A DNA stretch of 63,884 nt, filler included, from Octopus bimaculoides (Eukaryota): the NCBI RefSeq assembly GCF_001194135.2. It is 6 parts of 6 records of this genome, joined end to end, with 100 filler letters (N's around TTAATTAATTAA, not from the genome) between each part and the next. Parts side by side here need not be neighbours in the genome. Positions count along the whole stretch, not along the records: positions 1 to 15,524 come from NC_068990.1; positions 15,625 to 36,267 come from NC_068999.1; 4 more parts are not named here. One strand, given 5' to 3'. The notes beneath the pieces were generated by a model, which saw nothing but the letters and a program-made list of their open reading frames with translations, had not been told where the DNA came from and searched no databases. This document shows, in pieces, positions 12,080 to 23,021 of this stretch. Position numbers and translations under genes: made by a program. Positions within the stretch are counted from its first letter, which is position 1, and every line of letters starts with the position of its first letter.

Positions 12080-12410
12080 CTTGAAATCGAGAAAGATATA
12101 TTAGCCATTATCAGTCAGGCGACTATCTAAAGTTTACCCTCATTGTCACACAAATTCATTTATGATCCGTTACAGGCTTTAATGGGTATACAAAGTAATA
12201 TAACATTAATGCCATCTGGTTCAAACCCGACACATTTAGTTACATTTGACGTCCTGTCCTTTATTACAATATCATATCCCACTCACTGAAGATTAGATTA
12301 CTAAACATACATTTACAGATATCGAACTCGGCACGAAAAAGTTTTACTTTCAAAGCAATAACATTGAATTACTTTCGTATTCTAAAGAGAATTATGTAAC
12401 TATTATTAAG
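12080..12410 (+). mobile_element. Highly degraded PLE reverse-transcriptase fragment
   Basis: AIISQ...HKFIYDPL...THLVTFDVLS...IELLSYSKENYVTI resembles the PLE RPIIS / LVTFDVxS / LELLxFILxNNYF motifs. Confidence 0.45.
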
Positions 12411-12935
12411 GTAAATATATAATTATATGTGCGTGCGTAGATACATCATAGGCGTCGCCGAGATTTAGAGCGTGGGGCTTCTTGACTATGAAAATGGATC
12501 TACCGCCAGCACTTAATCTGTGAATAACAGTGAAATAGAATAAGTGTTCGATAGTAATTATATTTGTGTGAAGCTATGGGTCTTTAATCCGAACCTGTCG
12601 ACCCCGTTCTCGTGGCTATGTATGAGAATACACAGTATGCTGCAACGTAGATAGTATACACATACATACTTACAAACATACATGAATACTTACACACACA
12701 CACACAGTCACACACACACATATATATATAAGAAGGAAATTGAAATAATAGTCATTACATATAATTCATTTATTTCAGCAAATTTGGCTTACAGCTGTTT
12801 CCAGTAGTCATTATAGGTTCGTTACTGGTAGATTTCTCAACTAATCTATTGATCAATTGAAGCAAATTGAACGACCTAAGAAAATCAATGCTACTATTTA
12901 TACAAAAACACACGCATACATAGACACATTATGTG

Positions 12936-12981
<46 letters not shown>

Positions 12982-13084
12982 NNNNNNNNNNNNNNNNNNN
13001 NNNNNNNNNNNNNNNNNNNNNNNNNNNNNNNNNNNNNNNNNNATATACACATAGGTATATGCATGTATGTTTGTATGTATGTAC

Positions 13085-13245
13085 AGCTGTGTTAAAATTT
13101 GCTTCCTAAGCACATTGTTCCAGGCTCGACCCCACTGCGTGGCACCATGAGCTTCTGTCTTTTCCTATAGCCCCGGGTCGACCAAAGCCTCGTAAGTTGA
13201 TTTGGTTGATGGAAACTGAGGGAAGCACGCCGTGTGTGTGCGTAC

Positions 13246-13280
<35 letters not shown>

Positions 13281-13461
13281 TGTGTGTATGTGTGTGTGTG
13301 TGTGTGTGTGTTACTGCATTTACTTGCCCGTAAAGCAGCGGTTCAGTAAAAGAAACCGAAAGAGCAAGAACCAGGGTTTAAGAAAATAGGTAATGGGGTC
13401 GATTCGTTCGACTAAAATCCTTTAAGGCTGTGCCTCAGCATGGCCACAATCTGATGACTGG
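13085..13461 (+). mobile_element. SINE family A, near full length with internal (TG)n
   Basis: ccccactgcgtggcacc...cgaccaaagcc...ggaaactga...(TG)n...ggggtcgattcgttcgactaa...cagcatggcc. Confidence 0.75.
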
Positions 13462-13824
13462 CCGTAGTCATGTATATGGGTGTGTGTGTGTGTGAGCATA
13501 TGTGTGTGTGTAAGATAGGGAGAAGTATATGAGTGCAATCTCAGTTACTGTAAAATAATTGTACCAAGGTAGAAATCAGGCCGAGGATAAACGTTGAAAC
13601 ACGATCTATGTATTGAATTTGTTAGGCAAGGGCGGTAAGTGTGTGGGAATATCTGGTGTTTGATGATTGTCTGTGTGTGTTTGATGAGTGTGTGTGTTTG
13701 TGTGTGTGATGGGGGACGGGTGAGGTGTGAACTGTCTACAAGAATCGGCTCAAGTTTACAGAGTACTGGAACCAGGACAATGGGGATATGGGCGGGAACC
13801 ACAAGGCGAGGTTGATATAATACA

Positions 13825-13855
<31 letters not shown>

Positions 13856-14165
13856 TGTATGTATGCATGTATGTATGTATATATACACACACAACTACGC
13901 ACAAACACAGACATTCATACGCAAAAGGATATATATATATATATTCTATTGCTTTTGAATAATCGGACTCCAGCCATGCTGGAGCACTGCATTCAAGGGT
14001 TTAGTGAATAAAATCGGTCCTTACATCTATTTTAAACTGGTGCTTATTGTAAACAATAGTTTTGAATCGCTGTATGACAAGGAGTATGCAAAACATATTG
14101 GATTTTGTAAAGCGGTCTAAACATAAGCAAAAGGATGGACGCAGAAGCTCATACAAACATGTACA

Positions 14166-14235
<70 letters not shown>

Positions 14236-14416
14236 ATATATATATACTCTGGTTATTATTATTTTTTGTCTACGTTTTGTTTGCAATGTCCTGTACCCAG
14301 ATATGCACCTATATGTACAGGTAGACGTAGGTATGCACATACCTGTACGTATATATGCATATACTCATTTATTATTTGTTTTATATACATATATAGATAT
14401 ATACACATATTAAAAA

Positions 14417-14638
14417 TGGGAAAGTCCGGTTTATGGGGTTACGTTAGGTTTCTCATCCATACAGTATTTAGCCTTATGACGTATCGTCAGATCACAAAAC
14501 CTGTTGGCTCAAAACCTTTTAAAAACATGGAGGAAGAAATCTTGGACCTACAGGTTTTGGAATCTGACGATACGCCATAAGGCTTAAGCCCTTTAAGGAC
14601 GAGAAAACTAAGGTAATCCTCTAAACCGGCCTTACATA
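14417..14638. mobile_element. Hairpin MITE (~220 bp, almost wholly self-complementary)
   Basis: 14419-14458 pairs with 14597-14636. 14472-14506 (agccttatgacgtatcgtcagatcacaaaacctgt) pairs with 14550-14584 with 3 mismatches. Confidence 0.75.
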
Positions 14639-14767
14639 TACTGCTCCATATCTTAGAGTGTTTCTTTTTTCGGATTTATGTCTTTTACAGACGATATATA
14701 TATGTGTGTGCGTGTGTGTGTGTGAATGTCTGTATATGAATAAGCCAGCGTTTGCGAAGTCACATAC

Positions 14768-14809
<42 letters not shown>

Positions 14810-15360
14810 AGTTTGCATAAAGAACTGTCTGGTATGCATAACTGCTTTGAATTTATTTTTTAATCTGAGAGCCAAACCAGCACAAGTCGATTGTTTGTAC
14901 TTTTACTTTCTGTTTTAATATTTCGAACTTAGCACTTGTTGTTCAGGAAATCTTCGCAGAAATAGTGTTGTGAGAGCTGACTTCTCTGTTCTGTAGTGTG
15001 CATGTATGACGGGTGTGTGTGTGTGTACGTGCAGCACAGTTTCTATATTCCAAGTTTCAGTCTCAAAGCATTGGGAAACTGAAGGGTATTGTAGAAAACA
15101 CTTGCTGAGCGTGAAGAGTATTGGGGTCGTACCAGAAATTATGTGGTTGCGAAGCGAAAGTCTTAAGCATACAGCCATGTTTGCGCCTGAATGTAAATTA
15201 AATACACAAATACGTTAGCCTCATTCATAATGATTTTGTATGGTAAGTTATAAAATGTTTCTCACTCATTAATTGCCATTCGTGCAACACACCGGTTGTA
15301 TAAATCATAGCTGAGTTTGTGTATTAGATAAGAAGCTTTATCAATCGTATCTCTGATTAG

Positions 15361-15457
15361 TAGAAGACACTTGCCCAAGGTAACATGCAGTAGGACTGAA
15401 CCCGGAACCATGTGGTTGGGAAGCCAGCTTCTTACCACACAGCTACGCCTGCGCCTA
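15361..15457 (-). mobile_element. SINE family A, 5' head
   Basis: Reverse complement ggcgcaggcgtagctgtgtggtaagaagctggcttcccaaccacatggttccgggttcagtcctactg. Confidence 0.8.
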
Positions 15458-15482
15458 TATGTATACATATATGTATGTATAC

Positions 15483-15524
<42 letters not shown>

Positions 15525-15624
15525 NNNNNNNNNNNNNNNNNNNNNNNNNNNNNNNNNNNNNNNNNNNNTTAATTAATTAANNNNNNNNNNNNNNNNNNNN
15601 NNNNNNNNNNNNNNNNNNNNNNNN

Positions 15625-15656
<32 letters not shown>

Positions 15657-15979
15657 GCATCCTTATCTGTTAACAGTAATTTTTAATACTTTTCTTGCTA
15701 TGTGGCATGTTCATTTCTTTTTTGCATCTGGGATTTTATTTTTGATCTTATGAAGATATTTCCTTTGTTTTGCTGCATTTCTTTCTATGAAATGAGAAGA
15801 TACATTGCAGAACTGTTATTTTAATGAGTTGACCCTGTTTATCCCCTGAGACACATCTGCACTGCTGGATGCTCCTGAACCAGTTGTTAAGTGTTCCACC
15901 CATGTAGGATTGATGCTAGATGTGTCGAAACAATTGTTGTGATTAATAAAATTTCTTGTATATTCCATCTTCCATCTAC

Positions 15980-16044
<65 letters not shown>

Positions 16045-16074
16045 CAAAGTTATTTTATTCCCCATGGGTAGAAA

Positions 16075-16716
16075 TATAGGAAAAAATAGAAGTTGAAAAT
16101 GCAATGCGAATAGTTAAAATATTCTTTTATTAAAGATTTAACTGGTTTCACAGTTTACACTGATTTTCAAAAAGTTGAAATAGTAAGACGTGGGTTATGT
16201 CACAACTATCTTGCTTCTGACTAGTGTTTGAAGCTTGCCCTATTTTTATAGGGAGTTCATAGCTCAAATTAGCATATGCTTTGGATAGGACTTGATTGGC
16301 AGAGGATAGTCACATGACTGGCCTTAGAAATTTTTGTTGGTTCTCTGCTACATCTGTGTTTTAGTATCAAGTGACAATGTTTGGCATCATAAGTTAAAGC
16401 TGACACGGTCAACTGAACTTGTCAAGTGACAGTACCAATGTCATGTAGCAAGTAACCTACAAAAATTTCTAAGATCAGTCATGTGACTATCCTCTACCAA
16501 TCAAGTCCTATTTAAAACATGTACTAATTTGAACTCTATAAAATAGGACACGCTTCAAACACTAGTCAGAAGCAAGATAGTTGTGACATAAGTCATGTCT
16601 TACTATTTCAACTTTTTGAAAATCTGTGTAACCTTTGAAACCAGTTAAATCTTTAAATATAATAAAAAATATTTTAACTATTCTCAGTGCATTTTTAACT
16701 TCTATTTTTTCCTATA
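16075..16716. mobile_element. Foldback element / large MITE with ~280-bp inverted arms
   Basis: 16075-16353 aligns to the reverse complement of 16443-16716, with long identical runs such as ttatgtcacaactatcttgcttctgactagtgtttgaagc. Spacer is 89 bp and the ends are TATA. Confidence 0.85.
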
Positions 16717-16724
16717 TATATATA

Positions 16725-17955
16725 TACAAGAGTTGGACAAAATAATGGAAACACCATAAAATCTCAAACAAATTTATTTTAATATGGGGTAGGATTGCCT
16801 TTGGCAGTAATTACAGCTTGAATTCTTGGACAAAATTTGAATTGTTTCCGAAGGGATTTTTGTCCATTCTTCAGCTAAAACAGTCTCCAGTTCTTATAGT
16901 GATGATGGTGGAGTATATTAAATCCTTACTTGTTTTTTTAAAATTCACCATAAATGTTCAATAATATTGAGATATGGGGACTGTGGTGGCCAGATAAGAT
17001 GTTCAACTTCACTAGAGTGTTCCTCGTGCCATTCAGTAACTTTAGCTGTGTGAATTGGTGCATTATCATCCTGAAAGATTGCGTTTCTCTCCAGAAACAG
17101 TTCTGCAACTGTAGGATGAATTTGATCAGATAAAATGCTTAAATAGTCTTGACTAATAATTCTGCCATGAAGGGAAACCATTTGGCCAGCAGATTTCCAA
17201 GATATAGCCCCCCCAGATCATCACAGATCCTCTTCTATGTTTAACAGTTGAATGAAGGCAGTCTTGGTCAAATGCTTGTTTTATTTATCTCCACTCGTAT
17301 ACTCGGCCGGTGGTCAGAAATAAGGCAAAGGATGACTTGTCTGAGAAAATAACATTCTTCCACTGCTCTAGGGACCAATTCTGTAGGTTTTTACTCCACT
17401 CTAAATGCTTTGCAACGTTTGTTTTTGAAAGTAGTGGTTTTCTGATTGCCGCCCTCCCTTGAAATCTGGATTTTGCAGCAGCTTTTGTGGAAACTGATGT
17501 CTCAAGGTGGTCATTAAGCTCTGCAGTAATTTTGGGAGCTGTACTTTTGTGATCCTTTCTAACAATTTGTGTAAGAGTCTGACGGTCTCTATCTGAAAGT
17601 TTTGGTTTTCTTCCGGAGTTTTGCTTCGATGAGGAGGTTTTTCCCTCTTTCTCAAAGGCAGTACTTCTTGATACACCAAACATTTCGGCTGTTTTCATTA
17701 TGCTAGCACCTGCCATACGAGCACCAACAATTTGACCTCTTTGAAAGTCCAATAGATCTGTCATTTTAATGAATTTTAATTACCTTTTTCTGATGTTATT
17801 CGAAAAGATACAGCAATTTTAGCAAAACATATTGAGCAACACTAATAATAAATAAAAAAAAACAGAAAAATAAACAAGCTTTGGACGGTTTTATAGATAT
17901 TTCAAAATTATGAAGTTATGATGATAGGTGTTTCAATTATTTTGAATAGGACTTG

Positions 17956-17961
<6 letters not shown>
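16725..17961 (-). mobile_element. Tc1-family transposon, full length, disrupted transposase
   Basis: ORFs 17285..17764 (TDLLDFQRGQIVGARMAG HTH, VIFSDKS) and 16945..17181 (FQDDNAPIHTAK...WPPQSPYLNIIEHLW). Both ends share caaaataat(g/t)gaaacacc, with TA flanks. Confidence 0.92.
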
Positions 17962-18002
<41 letters not shown>

Positions 18003-18119
18003 GTATATAATTAGCAAAGGGAACGGAGTGAACAAATTGTTTTATTATATAAATTTACAATTATTCCTCTGACATTCGAACTCAGGAGTATTGGCATTTC
18101 ATTATATAACTAGCATAAC

Positions 18120-18233
18120 CATGTTGTCAAAAATGCCAACAGTTTTATTAATGATAGAAAGTGGTGCATCATAACAATGGGAGAAACCATTGAAAAATGT
18201 CAGCAATTGAGTAAATACAGAGAATGGAAGCTC
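18120..18233 (-). CDS. Candidate internal exon, unknown product
   Basis: tctgatttttcag|GAG acceptor, 38 open codons (ELPFSVFTQLLTFFNGFSHCYDAPLSIINKTVGIFDNM), weak atg|gttatg donor; no recognised homology. Confidence 0.2.
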
Positions 18234-18563
18234 CTGAAAAATCAGATACAGTTGTAACGTCTCGGTGGAAAATACTATCATCCATTTTATACACACACAC
18301 ACATGCACACATATAAAGTAATAATAACAATAATTCTAGGATGGAATTTATAAATATTTAATGCATTGCAATGTGCATTTCCACAAATCACATAACTTTA
18401 ACATCAGAATCCGTATCCTTGAGGTGATTACAGCATAAACCATAGTATCAGTGGGCATCCAGTTGACCATCATCAGTGATTCATTTCACTGGGCGATACT
18501 GCATTAGCGGATGAATCACAGAGGGATGTTTATCCCTTCTTGCCAGCATGAAGGCCAATCTAG

Positions 18564-18612
<49 letters not shown>

Positions 18613-18615
<3 letters not shown>

Positions 18616-19454
18616 AAGGTGCAGTGAATAAACTGTTGTCTAAATTATGCAATAATGAAAATAACACTGACATCTCATTTTAACAGATATATTTACCAAA
18701 GTTATATAACAATATCTTGAAATACTAAAAAGAAAATTTATGCAATAAAATTACTATTGACCCCAACCGCAGCCACCAGACGACTTCAGATTCTCATGCA
18801 ACTCTTCTGGACAATCTCCTTGTTTAAGTCAGTGAATACTACCATAATCTTTGCCTTCAGTTCGTCTTTGGTGCTACAAGAAGTTTTGTTGGTCTCTCAC
18901 TCAACTGCACCCCGTGCATAATAATCAAGGTGGTTGCAGTCGAGGGAGTTAGGTGGCCAGACGTTAGGGGTGATGTAGTCGCAGAAATTGTCTGACAGCC
19001 ATGACTGGGTTCTACTGCTTGTGTGGCATGGTGCAGAGTCCTGTTGCCAAACATGGGGTCTTCCAGCAGCTTCTCCAGGCACTTGTTTTAGGCCTCCCTG
19101 TTGAATCTGCAACCATGTAGGAAATTGAATGGAGGCAAAACGTTGCCATCATTAATGATCACTCCAAACACGATGATGTTGACTAGATGTTTGATTTTTA
19201 TCACTCTTGTTATATGTCCTCAGATTGACACTCAAACACACCGAAATGTGCATATTGGAACTTAAGGTGTGAGTGCCAAGTAGTACAATTTGTTTCCAAA
19301 TTTCTGGCAGAATGAATTGTGTCATGTTGCTGTTTTTCTCACAATGTACAGCTGGCCCTACTATGCTGTGTAGTCAACAAAATCAAAAGCAAACAATGCG
19401 CATTCACGAAATAAAAAATATAAAATGGCGACAATTTACCCAACGCACCCTGTA
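18613..19454 (-). mobile_element. maT-like (DD37D) transposon, internally deleted
   Basis: WQQDSAPCHTSSRTQSWLSDNFCDYITPNVWPPNSLDCNHLDYY has 37 residues between the Ds. Degenerate TIRs tacaaggtgcagtgaataaactgttg and cgacaatttacccaacgcaccctgta. Confidence 0.85.
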
Positions 19455-20345
19455 TGTATGTGTGTTTCTTTCTTTTCTTGTTCGCAAAAAAGTTTGTTTT
19501 CCATGTTGTTGTAATTCATGTTCCCGTTTTTCATGTTATTTATGTTTTTTGATGTCCTGTACCCATATATGCATGTGTATATACATATATATGTGATTAT
19601 GTACATGTATGTATGTCTATATATATATATATATATATNNNNNNNNNNNNNNNNNNNNNNNNNNNNNNNNNNNNNNNNNNNNNNNNNNNNNNNNNNNNNN
19701 NNNNNNNNNNNNNNNNNNNNNNNNNNNNNNNNNNNNNNNNNNNNNNNNNNNNNNNNNNNNNNNNNNNNNNNNNNNNNNNNNNNNNNNNNNNNNNNNNNNN
19801 NNNNNNNNNNNNNNNNNNNNNNNNNNNNNNNNNNNNNNNNNNNNNNNNNNNNNNNNNNNNNNNNNNNNNNNNNNNNNNNNNNNNNNNNNNNNNNNNNNNN
19901 NNNNNNNNNNNNNNNNNNNNNNNNNNNNNNNNNNNNNNNNNNNNNNNNNNNNNNNNNNNNNNNNNNNNNNNNNNNNNNNNNNNNNNNNNNNNNNTGTGTG
20001 TGTGTGTGTGTATAATACAGAATGGGACAAGAACACAAAACATCCAGACAGTTAGGTGATACAAGAAAGGGACAAAACATCTCGATAGACGATACAAAGA
20101 AAACAAGGACAAGTCATTCGGAGTTTTCTTTCTTCAGTCGAGATCCAAATTATCCTTGCAATTTTGGCTGGTTATTCTCGATATTGCTCCAATCTGGCCA
20201 GCCCCAAGGAAAAACTAAGCTAAGAGCATTAGATTCCTTGGAAGAAAGCCGCGAATATATATAAAAACAAGGACGGAAAAAACGAACAATGTTACACAAA
20301 TACAGTAGGAATAATAACGAGACATAACAACAGATGCCTTTCGAC

Positions 20346-20648
20346 TAAGGATGAATAAAATTAAGCTGGCGTATATGGAAACAAGGCCTTACAGCTGGGA
20401 TACAAGATTTCACAGGCACAAGGAGAAATAACGATGCTGCATGCACAACAGCTGCCCAAGAAAGAAAGGTGAGGCTTGGCTGAACACCGGTAATGTGGGA
20501 AGAGAAGAAAGAGAGGTAGAGGCAGAAGGACAAAAGAATTAGGGAGGGGCGATAAAAAATGACAGGGACACAGTGAAGTGAAAAGTGGAGGAAGAAGAGA
20601 TCCCCCTCGCTCACATTTCCTTGCCTTCTCTTAATTTATTCGTCCTTA
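20346..20648. repeat. ~300-bp segment bounded by ~20-bp inverted repeats (possible MITE)
   Basis: taaggatgaataaaattaag (20346-65) versus cttaatttattcgtcctta (20630-48), with a purine-rich interior. Confidence 0.35.
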
Positions 20649-20989
20649 TGTATAGTATGTATAGTATTGTTTATCCCTATATATACAATTTCTATGTACT
20701 ATGCTGAATATATGGAATGTTCGTCTGGTATGTTGATTTTTTTTTGTTTATTTTTATGTCTTGACCATACGTGTACTGATGAGTAAAGAGTGCGTATTAC
20801 TGCGCTAATTACGAAATCATGATTTACCGTTAAGTCTGTTTTTAATGAGGCTTGCTTTGAGAGTTGCATTCCCTCGCATTCGGTAAAATGTGTTTATTAT
20901 GGTAGTTTATTATGTGTTTATTATGCCTCCTAGCATGAGGCATTTATGTATAGTAATGCCCTTAGTATAAATATATATANNNNNNNNNN

Positions 20990-21545
20990 AGGGTGTCCCA
21001 AAAGTCACTGATGAGTTTCAATTTTTATAACTTCTTTAAGTTTACAAATAAATGTATGAAAGTTTGATACATATTAACGGACATAATGGAAATTAATGTG
21101 CACAAGTCAAATTTTGCAACACCACTACATCAGCTATGGAAATTACATCACTTAAATGACAGCCATGTTCAGCTTCACATGCCCGTGCTCTTTCCAAAGC
21201 TTGCACCATAACACCCTCAAGAGTTTCAGACCCCACTTCTCTGATTGTTCTATTGATGTTCTCCTTCAGATGCACCAGGGTCTCTGGTTTGTTGACATAA
21301 ACTCTGTCATTCAGGTATCCCCACAAGAAAAAAATCCAGGCTAGTCAAGACAAGGGAACATGAAGGCCATTCAAAGTAGGCTTCACACATGGTTCCAGCA
21401 AGATGGAGCAACAGCTCATACTACAAGAGAAACAATGCAGCTGCTATGGTAGTGCTTTGATGAGAGAATAATCTCCTGCTATGGCAATATCAACTGGCCT
21501 TCATGTTCCCCAGACTTGACTAGCCCAAATTTTTTCTTGAGCATA
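20990..21545 (-). mobile_element. rosa-like (DD41D) transposon 3' part with an internal inversion
   Basis: Minus strand LDFFLWGYLNDRVYVNKPETL. Plus strand 21388-21539 WFQQDGATAHT...NWPSCSPDLTSPNFFL, with 41 residues to the third D position. TIR-like agggtgtcccaaaa at 20990. Confidence 0.8.
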
Positions 21546-21775
21546 TAGGCATATAATATGGCAATATCTTGTATTAGAATTCTGGCGAAATGATTGTAAA
21601 TTTATGCCATAAAACAATTTGCTCATTCCAGGTATTATGGACTTTTGGCAATATGATGTGAAAAACATCAACCTCTGATTTATGGTTATATCTGATAGCC
21701 TGTACCTGTTGATGAGCTTAAAAGAAGCTCTGTGGTTAACAGCTGAAAGAAATTGCTCTCTCCCTCTTCCACTCA

Positions 21776-21825
<50 letters not shown>

Positions 21826-22660
21826 NNNNNNNNNNNNNNNNNNNNNNNNNNNNNNNNNNNNNNNNNNNNNNNNNNNNNNNNNNNNNNNNNNNNNNNNNNN
21901 NNNNNNNNNNNNNNNNNNNNNNNNNNNNNNNNNNNNNNNNNNNNNNNNNNNNNNNNNNNNNNNNNNNNNNNNNNNNNNNNNNNNNNNNNNNNNNNNNNNN
22001 NNNNNNNNNNNNNNNNNNNNNNNNNNNNNNNNNNNNNNNNNNNNNNNNNNNNNNNNNNNNNNNNNNNNNNNNNNNNNNNNNNNNNNNNNNNNNNNNNNNN
22101 NNNNNNNNNNNNNNNNNNNNNNNNNNNNNNNNNNNNNNNNNNNNNNNNNNNNNNNNNNNNNNNNNNNNNNNNNNNNNNNNNNNNNNNNNNNNNNNNNNNN
22201 NNNNNNNNNNNNNNNNNNNNNNNNNNNNNNNNNNNNNNNNNNNNNNNNNNNNNNNNNNNNNNNNNNNNNNNNNNNNNNNNNNNNNNNNNNNNNNNNNNNN
22301 NNNNNNNNNNNNNNNNNNNNNNNNNNNNNNNNNNNNNNNNNNNNNNNNNNNNNNNNNNNNNNNNNNNNNNNNNNNNNNNNNNNNNNNNNNNNNNNNNNNN
22401 NNNNNNNNNNNNNNNNNNNNNNNNNNNNNNNNNNNNNNNNNNNNNNNNNNNNNNNNNNNNNNNNNNNNNNNNNNNNNNNNNNNNNNNNNNNNNNNNNNNN
22501 NNNNNNNNNNNNNNNNNNNNNNNNNNNNNNNNNNNNNNNNNNNNNNNNNNNNNNNNNNNNNTCTTCAACTTCTCTTTTTCTCTACCCACTGAATAAGAAT
22601 TGCATCCAAAACGAATATTCTACTCCTCACAGCAAGTTTACTGTACCCCTTTCACTTTAC

Positions 22661-22698
<38 letters not shown>

Positions 22699-22699
<1 letters not shown>

Positions 22700-23021
22700 G
22701 GGGAACATGTGGAAGGGGTAGAGCCAGGAAGATGTGGGATGAAGTGGTGAGAAAGGATCTACAGGCATAGGGAATCACAGAGGGGATGACAGGGGACAGA
22801 GACTCCTGGCTGTTTGCTGTGTAGAAAAGCCATGTCAAGTTAAATAAAAATGTGGTTGTCTTTGCATACAGGGTGACCCCTGCATCCCACTCCAACTGAA
22901 CATCCCTAGTCTCATGGGCTCATTGGTGATGGTGCTACATAAAAAGCATCCAGTACACTCTGTAAAGTGGTTGGTGTTAAGAAGGACATGGAAATCGGAC
23001 ATTAAATGATGATGATGATGA
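22699..23021 (+). mobile_element. RTE-clade LINE 3' end and UTR
   Basis: GTCGRGRARKMWDEVVRKDLQA*GITEGMTGDRDSW (GRPRKTW motif); ends ggacattaaa(tga)n. Confidence 0.8.

Noticed and set aside
12319-12410. Exon-like segment (ttacag|...aag|gtaaat, open frame)
   Set aside because: It lies within a run of PLE RT-like motifs (LVTFDV, IELLSY..ENY), so a decayed retroelement explains it better.
12790-12845. Minus-strand GAAACAGCTGTA with an adjacent stem
   Set aside because: No CUGANGA upstream of the stem; kept only as supporting context for 59892.
15569-15580. TTAATTAATTAA islands between N runs (also near 36312, 51393, 59629, 62206)
   Set aside because: The identical 12-mer has stops in all six frames and is flanked by equal-length N runs: a scaffolding spacer, not biology.
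20105-20150. Minus-strand CTGAAGA...CGAATGACTTGTC
   Set aside because: GAAU instead of GAAA and inconsistent stems, so it does not satisfy the hammerhead core.
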